DNA of 64,000 nt from Tubiluchus corallicola (taxonomy: Eukaryota; Animalia; Priapulida): the NCBI GenBank assembly GCA_030141605.1, contig JAQGDQ010000232.1, forward strand, positions 62,001 to 126,000, in the 5' to 3' direction. Made by a program: the position numbers and the translations under genes. How positions within the stretch are numbered: position 1 is the first letter of the stretch; each line of letters opens with the position of its first letter. Below are positions 55,447 to 64,000 of the stretch, in pieces. Under the pieces are notes generated by a model. That model saw only the letters and a list, made by a program, of their open reading frames with translations, was not told the DNA's origin and did not search any database.

Positions 55447-56049
55447 TAATTTCAAATAGCTTTTTATGTAAAATATTTTAACTAAAACAATGTTTTGTTG
55501 AAACAGTTAGTGACAATGGGAATTATTTGCTCATTTTTTGGGGTCTCAAAAAACAACAATAACATGATCTTGTGAACTTAAAATCACTTCATACTTTTTT
55601 CGTTTGTGCAACTTCATTGCATTTTAATTTAGAATACCTTTGCATTACATTGGTATTTGTAATACAACATTAACTTTACTTTCAGTACAATGTGTAATGC
55701 TTAATCAAAACAGGTCATGAAAATGCTGTAGGTGACCGTATAAGCTTTGTAATACCGGCTGGGATTCCTTGATAATTTCAAATAGCTTTTTATGTAAAAT
55801 ATTTTAACTAAAACAATGTTTTGTTGAAACAGTTAGTGACAATGGGAATTATTTGCTCATTTTTTGGGTCTCAAAAAACAACAATAACATGATCTTGTGA
55901 ACTTAAAATCACTTCATACTTTTTTCGTTTGTGCAACTTCATTGCATTTTAATTTAGAATACCTTTGCATTACATTGGTATTTGTAATACAACATTAACT
56001 TTACTTTCAGTACAATGTGTAATGCTTAATCAAAACAGGTCATGAAAAT
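55399..56049 (+). repeat. Near-perfect tandem duplication (55399-55724 and 55725-56049) of the PEN-2 C-terminal codons and 3' UTR
   Basis: Both copies run gctgtaggtgaccgtataagc...caggtcatgaaaat. The only difference I found is GGGG versus GGG after tcatttttt. Confidence 0.97.
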
Positions 56050-56052
56050 AAA
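56047..56052 (+). promoter_or_regulatory. Candidate PEN-2 polyadenylation signal AATAAA
   Basis: AATAAA overlaps the end of the second repeat copy. A further AATAAA occurs near 56153. Confidence 0.5.
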
Positions 56053-56845
56053 TGCAAATATACTTGTATTGTAAATAAGCATAGATAATATTATTACTGT
56101 AAACTAATTTATTTGTGTACATTATTCGAGAATTAATACAAATACAAATATTAATAAAAAATTATGATGTATGTGTCTTGTTTTTTGCTACTTTGTTATC
56201 AGTGTATAATATTTCAGTCTTTTATAAATTATGAGAATATGCTGCACATTGTAGAGGAACTGTAAAGGTGTCAGTTTCTCGATAATGATATAGATACCAC
56301 GTGTTTTGTTTCATGCGGTTTATAACATGTCCGTCTAGGCGTGCCCATCTTAGCACACATGGGCGTGCTAGCTAGTTGCTCTTGGGGCCTCATACTGAAT
56401 TGGCTTTCTCTCATGTGTTTGGAAAATGACATCTTGGAGACCATTGACTTTAAGGCAGTTAAATATAAAGCAATTCTGTGCAAAGAAATTTTACAAATGT
56501 TTGTATTGAACACTTGTTTAATAATAAATAATTCATAGTAATTTCGCACTCTCCATCTGTATAACTTACCAATTGAGTATCATTTATATGTTGAAATTTT
56601 TAGTGTTTATGAAGGATTATGTTATATTGTTCAAATGTTTGTGTTGATTAATCGTTGCTGTATAGCACATTAATATTTAAACACGTATTTTGTTTTAGCA
56701 GTACCAGTACAATAAATATATGTTTAATTTTATTGACCATTTACATTTTTATACTGCAAGTTGTTGTATAGGCAGGAGCCCTGTGCTCTGCTTTGCCCAA
56801 GGGCCTATAATGCTATTAAGATGGCCCTGGTATATATCCTATATA

Positions 56846-57223
56846 CAGCCGACCCTCGTTAAACCAGACCCCGTTAGCCCGGATATCGGATAAGACGGAC
56901 GTCATCCGTGGTAAAGGAAACTGACCGAGCCGGAGCGCTAAACACAACACGGCCTATCAACTGACCACGAGCCATTGATGGACCGAAGCCATTTTTTATT
57001 TAAATTGTACAACAATTTCTTTATCCTCACAGGTTAACTATTTAAAAGTAATATACAGTATAGTATATAGTGCACAGCATATATTGCAGTATGTATAGGC
57101 CTTATTAAGGTGATTATTCCTGTATAATATAGACCATATATAGGCATATCGGATAAATTGGACAATCGTCTAAACTGGACCACCCTCCCCCCCAAATTAG
57201 TCCGGTTTAACGAGGGTTGACTG
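56846..57223. mobile_element. pogo/Tigger-type (Tc1/mariner superfamily) MITE, 378 bp
   Basis: TIRs CAGCCGACCCTCGTTAAACCAGAC / GTCCGGTTTAACGAGGGTTGACTG (3 mismatches in 24), flanked by TA on both sides; internal repeats such as tatcggataa. Confidence 0.88.
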
Positions 57224-58643
57224 TAATAGTAATGTTTTGCACCAAATTTACCTAATAAAAGCTGATGCTGTCAGGCTAAAATGATTAATGTTTATGTTTA
57301 GTGCCTTTCTTTGCAAGAGATGGTTTTTTTGTAAGCTTATGATATACACTAGTAATTGTTACATTTTTATGTTGCTGCTTATAACAACTGTCATGCACAA
57401 ACCAGAATAGTCATAGGCATAGACATCTTTATTGGTCATAATTATGTAGTATACACAGTATATATGAAATTTTTTGTTTATTCTTTTCACAGATTAGTTA
57501 AGTAAGCAATTAGCACAACAACTTTGCAACTGTAATTAAATTCAACTGTACATATAAATCTAAATATTACAATTATAGTAAAATAAAGCTCAAAAAATAA
57601 AAAAAAATTGAGAAAGGTGTTCAGCTACTATTGAATGCTTTGACTGAAATGGGAACAAATAAAAATTTCAAACAATTTGTTCTTGAATGGGTATATTTGA
57701 TCTTATTTTGTAAGGGAGAAATGTAAATTCTTCATGTGGGATGATAGTTGTTTGCCATAATTTTTGGTAATATATTATACAGAGCAGTAGGCCTTTTGTC
57801 AAGAATCAGATATTCATTATTAATAAAGGGCTGTTTTTCTGCAAAAAAGTGCATATTTGGCTAGTTACATATATATGGTTTGGAGATGGCCACTAAGTAT
57901 CTTACTATAATTTGCTGCGCAAACCACAATAGCAATAATGTTTTGCCAAACTCCAAATTTCCATTCGTATCCCATAATTATTTATCAGTCAATTTGTCGA
58001 TTAGTATTGCCCGGTGTGTATTATTTAGCGTCGGAGGTGTTTCTGTTAACTAGGACAGTCCGGTTTATCAGTTTGTAAGAGTTTTATTAGCATCTGCAGC
58101 GTTCAGATACCGTTCAAGTCGTATAACCAGTTTTGATGTTCTTCTTAAGATTAAAAGATAAGACTTGGTAATAAAACTCGTGTTTTGGGATCTTCATCTC
58201 GGCGTTTACCAGGCCAGTTTATACCCGTGTTCGTAATTTCGTTTTCAATAAAAAGTAAGTACGACATTCATTATCTTTTCTGGCTATTTCTTAGTCAGTA
58301 TCCATTATTCAACTATCAAAAAAGATAATATATTTGCTAATACGTACACTACCTGCTTCATACTGTGCCATAAATAATTATTAATTGTGGCGCTTTATAT
58401 AGTGCATTAATTTACAATGTTGGTTTTAAGTGTCACAGAAATTTCAATGAAGTTGGAATCGCTGGTGGGCTCCTGTCATGATTATAAAGCTAAATGATCG
58501 TGGAAAACTTCGTGCGCTAAAGGCAGACAGTGGTTGGCGTTTATAGTACACACGATTTCTATTATATTTGTTGATTATATATGCCTGGTCTTGTTTGTCA
58601 GGCAACAAGACAAGTGCGATTTTTAGCGAAACGATTTCAGCGT

Positions 58644-58760
58644 GTCAGGATGGCCGAGTGGTCTAAGGCGCCAGACTCAAGCGGAAGCTTCTCGCAAATG
58701 CGAGCAACTGGGTGTTCTGGTCCGCGAATGCGGGCGTGGGTTCGAATCCCACTTCTGACA
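58644..58760 (+). tRNA. tRNA-Leu(CAA) with a 33-nt intron (58682-58714)
   Basis: GTCAGGATGGCCGAGTGGTCTAAGGCGCCAGACT-CAA-G, then the intron, then TTCTGGTCCGCGAATGCGGGCGTGGGTTCGAATCCCACTTCTGACA. Acceptor stem GTCAGGA/TTCTGAC, A and B boxes and long variable arm are present; the intron is at the canonical 37/38 position. Confidence 0.96.
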
Positions 58761-58764
58761 AATG

Positions 58765-58769
58765 TTTTT
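58765..58769 (+). terminator. RNA polymerase III T-run terminator of the tRNA-Leu gene
   Basis: TTTTT starting 5 nt after the tRNA discriminator base. Confidence 0.7.
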
Positions 58770-59864
58770 ACTCTGTAAAAGTGTGACGTTTATGTTGACT
58801 TTTTTGAACATTAGTTCCTCACCATTTAATTATATTTATTCGTTTGTAATAATAAACTTTTCTTTTATGTTCCATTTGTTGCCATTGTATTGTGCTTCTT
58901 TTGTTTTAATTTTCGTTACAGTTTACTAGTAAACATTAAGCCATTGCATTAAAACTATATTTAACATGATTATTAAATTTTGTTTGTTGTGCATTTCAAC
59001 AAGATACAAATCTAAGTTGTTACAATAATTAATTTAATGTATTTTTTGGACTGTTCGTTGTCTTTTTCTTGTTAGCTAGAAACTTGCTGAACATACATTC
59101 ACATTTCACCTACACCTGATGGGCAGTTGCCTATCACTAGGCATGTGCACATTACTATGGCATGCACAAATGCTGTAACAATAGCCTGCCTGTGGCAGTA
59201 GATTTTCTAACTCATTACTTGTATGTAAATGGGCCCATTCTCCTCAGGTTGGGATGAACTCAGCTGAATTTGTCACATAGGCTACAAGGACACCAGGATA
59301 ATAACTCCATTTAGACTTTACTCAGAATTCTATTGTGTGCTTGTATTAGCTGACTGCATCTTTTGCTTCTTAACCAGGTTAGGACACACCACATAGGTGA
59401 TACAGTAATTCGTATTCTCAGTCTGCAAATTAATAATAAGTTTTGGAATGTAGGTTTACAACTGTCATATCATGAAAATAGATAAATAATTTATATCATT
59501 ATTATAGATTAGTTAATGCTGGTTTTTGAAAAAGGGTGTCATTATGTCTTTGCTACTACTTCCAAAGAAGTCGATTTTTGTTGCTGTAAGAATTCACCAT
59601 TACTGTGAGCGTATTTTGTAATCATAATAATACGTCTGGATAGATAGATAGATAGAATTTGAATGTACACTAAACTTTTATTCATGATAATTTTTGATGG
59701 CAAATTTGGTTTTGTGTTGTTCAAAGTATGAGTTGCTCTTTATAGTCTGTATACTGTCGGTAGAAAAAGCTGCTGTCTTTGTTGTCTTTCTAAAATTATT
59801 TTATGAGTATTTAGAAACTCGTTTTTTTCGTTGTTATTTTTCTAGAGTTTGGATATAGCCAGTT

Positions 59865-62800
59865 ATGGGTACTTTGTTTCGGAGTGAGGAGATGACCCTA
59901 GCTCAACTGTTTCTGCAGTCAGAAGCAGCATATGCCTGCGTTTCAGAACTTGGCGAGTTGGGCGTTGTTCAGTTCAGAGATGTAAGTGTTCATTTTTATT
60001 TTAAATTACTCAGTTAAGAATTTTATGTAATTTTATATTCTTATTCTATAATTTAAACAGCACTCTTTTTAAAGAGACACCAATTTATATTGCCTTACTC
60101 TTTCTGCCAGCAGTCTTGTCACTAATTATATAATATTCTAAGTACCATTAATTACAATGCTGGTGTCACCAAAGAAGGGTTGCCAGATTAGAAAATTAGA
60201 AATACGTGACACTCTTAAAATTTCTCTCTTTATATTATTATATATATAAATTTATACATTCCTACACACCCAGACCAATATATTATGTAAAAGTAGAGAC
60301 ATAAGTTGAAAACATAAAGCAAGTTGCAAACAGGCAGCAAACACCTCAGTTATGTGAAAACATCTAGCAACTCTAGCTTCCTCGTTACATTTACGTTATT
60401 TTCGTCAAAAGATTGTGAGAAAAGAAAGTAAAGTTACAACTAAGAACCATAAGACAGTAATAAAAATATGTTTTTATTACAAAATTTGAAAATGAATGGA
60501 ACCAATGAATGAAAAAATTGGAACTAAATACAGGACATTTGGGTGTTCAAGAAAGGTCAATACGGGACAAGGGACTAAATTATCAAATATGGGATATGTC
60601 CCATAGAAAAGGGACGTCTGGCAACTCTAATCATATATGTACTGAAAATCTAATTTAGTTATTAACAGCTGATTTACACAATTTGGTTTAATATTTTTTG
60701 TCATTTTGAGAACTTGTTCAACTGAGCGTATATGGTATACCTTATTAAGCTTATTCTTTTTATCATACGCTTTTCATGTGTTTAGTTTTTGTTATACTCT
60801 CTTCTGCATTGTGTTTTGCTGTCATCTACATATAAAAGCCGTTGTACTTGATTTTACAGACTACTTTTTCTGATTAATGGAATGTTTATAATATACAGTA
60901 ATACAGATACTATGTCAAGACAGTCCAGGTATTTGACAGTTATCACTGGTGATAATAATAAAACAATGTATGCTGCGTTATTAGTTTATTGCTCTGTCTT
61001 GGTTGTAGTTGTACTCGTTATGCATTGCCGTTCTTTTCTTTACATTTTTTATGTTCAAGTCATGGCAACTTAAATTATAATTAAGGAAATTTTTATTGGA
61101 TAAAAATATGTAATGTTAAAATTATTTTGAGAAATTTTAGATTATTTTAGTCTGTGTAGAGTCTGTAGCTACAATAGGTAACTAGTTTCTTTCAATATAA
61201 AAAAAGATCAGCAACCTGATTAGCAAAGTGGCATTTTCATACAGGTGATTGATAGAAATTTCTAATTTTAAGTGCCTTTAAATTTATTTCAGTACAGTCT
61301 TTATCATTGAGGGTGATACTGTGAGACGAACTTCCTGATTTTTTCACAGGTGTAGGTGTGATCAACTTCAACATGGATATTTATGTAACTACTTAGTTGT
61401 ATAATAGTGATAATTGTGTAATATTGTTCACTGCTAAGGTTCTTACTTAGGTTTGTCTATTTTTGCCATAAACGAATTTCTGATTTTGGTGAAACTGTCT
61501 TCATCTGCAAATTTGAACTTTAAATTTACTTGTTATTTGCTTTTTAGTTGAATCCAGATGTCAATGCATTTCAAAGGAAGTTTGTTAATGAAGTACGACG
61601 ATGCGAAGAAATGGAAAGAAAACTGAGTAACTATAATGCATTTCTCTTAGTTTTCTGTAAAATAATATATATATTTAATTTTTTACTCTAAAGTGTTATA
61701 CATTACAGTTTATGTGTAGACTTTTTTGTTGCTTGTTTGTTTCTTTGTCTGCTTCACGGGAGCAGTGCTAACCTTAAACCTGCTGGGATTATAAATAAAC
61801 TTTAAAAATAAAATTCAGTTCCTAGATCATGAAATCGAATTTTAACACCCGTCCCATTGACAATTTCGGAGAGCTCTACAAAAAGGTGCTTGAACTGTTG
61901 TTCTTGTTAATTGTTCTTATTTTGTTCTTGTTATGATGGTTCTTCATTACAGGATTCATTGAGAAAGAGATTAAGAAGGATGGGATTCCTATGTTAGATA
62001 CAGGGGACAATCCTGATGCTCCAGCACCAAGGGAAATGATTGATCTTGAGGTAGCTACCTGTTGTTCTTAATATTCTGTTTTACTCAAAAGGCTTAATGC
62101 CTAAAAAATTCCTATGTTGGTTAGTGGTATTCACTGTTTCGTTTTTCCAAGGCTGCTTTTTTACGGAATAGTGCTAACCCACAGTATTATACACTCTTGT
62201 TAATTTTTGGCCTCTCCGCCATGGAAGGTATGCGACAGTTTTTACATTCTTACCAATACTAGTTTAACTATTTTTATCACTTGTACTCTTTTATCACGTA
62301 ACTTTTTTCTTTGTGTTTTTATTATCTCTTGTTTCTGTGCAGTATTTTGTTTTAAATGAGGTCAAGTTCTCTCTTCTTTTCCTTATTTTTTTATAATCTT
62401 ACAATGTTTCTTTCAGGCATCATTTGAAAAACTGGAAACAGAAATGACGGAGGCAAACACGAATGCAGAAGCCTTGAGACGAAATTATTTAGAACTCACA
62501 GAGCTTAAACACATTCTTCGTAAGACCCAAGTGTTTTTTGAAGAGGTATGCTTTTAAACGTTAACAGTACTAAGAAGTAAATGTTACTAGGCATTATCAG
62601 TGTTTTAACTTTACGTGTTTTATTTTTTTAATCTTGTCAATAAAATATTCGAGGGATTTCTTGTGTGAGAGATTTTTTCCAGCTGTTTTTTGGATAATTT
62701 GAAGGTTAATGACATTTTTGTTAGTGGTGTGTTGTTGGGAAGTCACAAAAAACATGTTTTAGACACTTGAAAAGATTTTGTGCCTTTAAAGATAGCATAT

Positions 62801-64000
62801 GAAATGCATATATAATCATCAAGCATTTAATTTATAATGCAAAACTGGGGCAACTTCAAAAAAAAAAAAAATGAAATAAAATAACAAAAACCGCAATAAT
62901 TTGTCCAGTAAAGTAGGGCATCGCCACTCCACTTAACTTATTAGTACCGTTTCCGATAAAATGTCTTTTTTAAATTGACAGCGAATTACAGAAGACTTCT
63001 ACTTGCTTATACATGTAAATGTTTTTATAGATGGGACAGGGAGTAGCAGAGACCCTCATAATGACTGCAGCTGTTAGCACTCAGCAACTAGTTGAACCTT
63101 CCCCGCAACCTGCTGTTAGAGTTCCAAAAGCCTCTTCCACTGGAGGTGAACTTCAGCTGAGGTACACTCTACGATAATGTGTAATTAATTAATTATTGAC
63201 TTATTGGAGCTTTGAAATTAACATCTGTTTGAGCAGTTTTCAATAAAAAAAGTTGCAAAAGCATTATTTTTGTACTTTTGTACTAGCTTGCTGGTATGAC
63301 AATCTATTCCTGGTTTGATGTAATTTTCGTTTTTCGATGGTGGGTGTTTAACTGTTATCTAATATGTTTCAATTTAAAAAATTTGTTACCCTGGTAGCTT
63401 AGTAGTAGCTCCTAGCTGTGTCATAGTACTGATGCGATTTTTAGGAACTAAAACTATTTCTATAAGTGTGTAATTTCTCTTTTGGGCAAGCAGTTATTTG
63501 AAAAGCTAACCGCATTAATGTAGTTCATTATTTGCATTTTTGTATAGTTTTGTTACTGGTGTTATCGCTCGTGAACGAATACCATCATTCGAGCGACTCA
63601 TGTGGCGAGCAACTAGAGGCAATGCTTATCTGAAGTTTGCAGAAATTGAGATTCCACTTGAAGACCCAACAACGGTATAACTCTTTTACATTAGTTACAT
63701 TTTAGTAATAACAGGTACTTTCTGCCAGAACGTAAATACAGTTTACTTTTCATATTAATAGATAAACCACAACACAAATTATTATGCATTTATGGATTTT
63801 TGAAAAAATTAAAAATTTAAATAATGTGGAGATGTGGCACTAGAATATAAATTAAGTGCTCCAAGTATCGTCCCATATTTATAAGTAGCGAACACTGTGA
63901 TGTTTAAGACCATCGTACAGGTGATATTCCTCCTATGTATCACAAATGGCATGATTTTGGTTTATTGTTTATTGCATTTCACTTTATAGGGTTATCAAGT
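59865..64000 (+). CDS. ATP6V0A1: V-type proton ATPase 116-kDa subunit a (V0 a1-like), 5' part; truncated by the window end
   Basis: Exons 59865-59981, 61548-61626, 61953-62050, 62417-62545, 63031-63161, 63548-63674 and 63990 onward give [105 protein letters not shown]...[46 protein letters not shown]. The family is clear; the a1 paralogue label is approximate. Confidence 0.95.
60175..60629. mobile_element. hAT-like MITE in a V-ATPase intron
   Basis: Ends AAGGGTTGCCAGA ... TCTGGCAACTCTA are inverted repeats, with several GGGAC subterminal repeats. No intact 8-bp TSD. Confidence 0.65.

Noticed and set aside
58581-58778. 65-aa ORF over the tRNA
   Set aside because: A chance open frame across the GC-rich tRNA-Leu gene.
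61809-61875. Possible alternative V-ATPase exon (FLDHEIEF)
   Set aside because: An in-frame stop follows immediately, and the neighbouring exons already join correctly.
1-64000. CRISPR arrays, prokaryotic operons or defence systems; intronic C/D snoRNAs
   Set aside because: The sequence is spliced eukaryotic DNA with no repeat-spacer arrays. Scattered TGATGA motifs lacked convincing D boxes and terminal stems by eye; an Rfam/snoscan search would be needed to exclude snoRNAs.

Overview
AT-rich, intron-rich eukaryotic (invertebrate animal) genomic DNA. Most ORFs in the ORF track are spurious or are exon fragments. I traced splice sites and reading frames by hand and found three + strand protein genes and one tRNA. 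(1) A TTC3-like TPR/RING-H2 E3 ubiquitin ligase with 30 coding exons (5600-48554, about 2,907 aa), including a giant 3,838-nt exon. (2) Gamma-secretase subunit PEN-2 (51527-55446, 101 aa), whose last codons and 3' UTR are tandemly duplicated (326/325 bp). (3) An intron-containing tRNA-Leu(CAA) (58644-58760), probably inside the first intron of the next gene. (4) The 5' part of a V-ATPase V0 subunit a gene (59865 to the window end). Introns and intergenic DNA carry decayed CR1/L2 LINE fragments, pogo/Tigger, piggyBac and hAT-type MITEs, a possible Helitron-like piece and simple repeats. I see no clearly new multi-gene system. The best leads are the giant TTC3 exon with its candidate docking motifs, the PEN-2 3' duplication, the nested tRNA and the PEN-2/V-ATPase adjacency. 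All family assignments come from motif recognition, not database searches.
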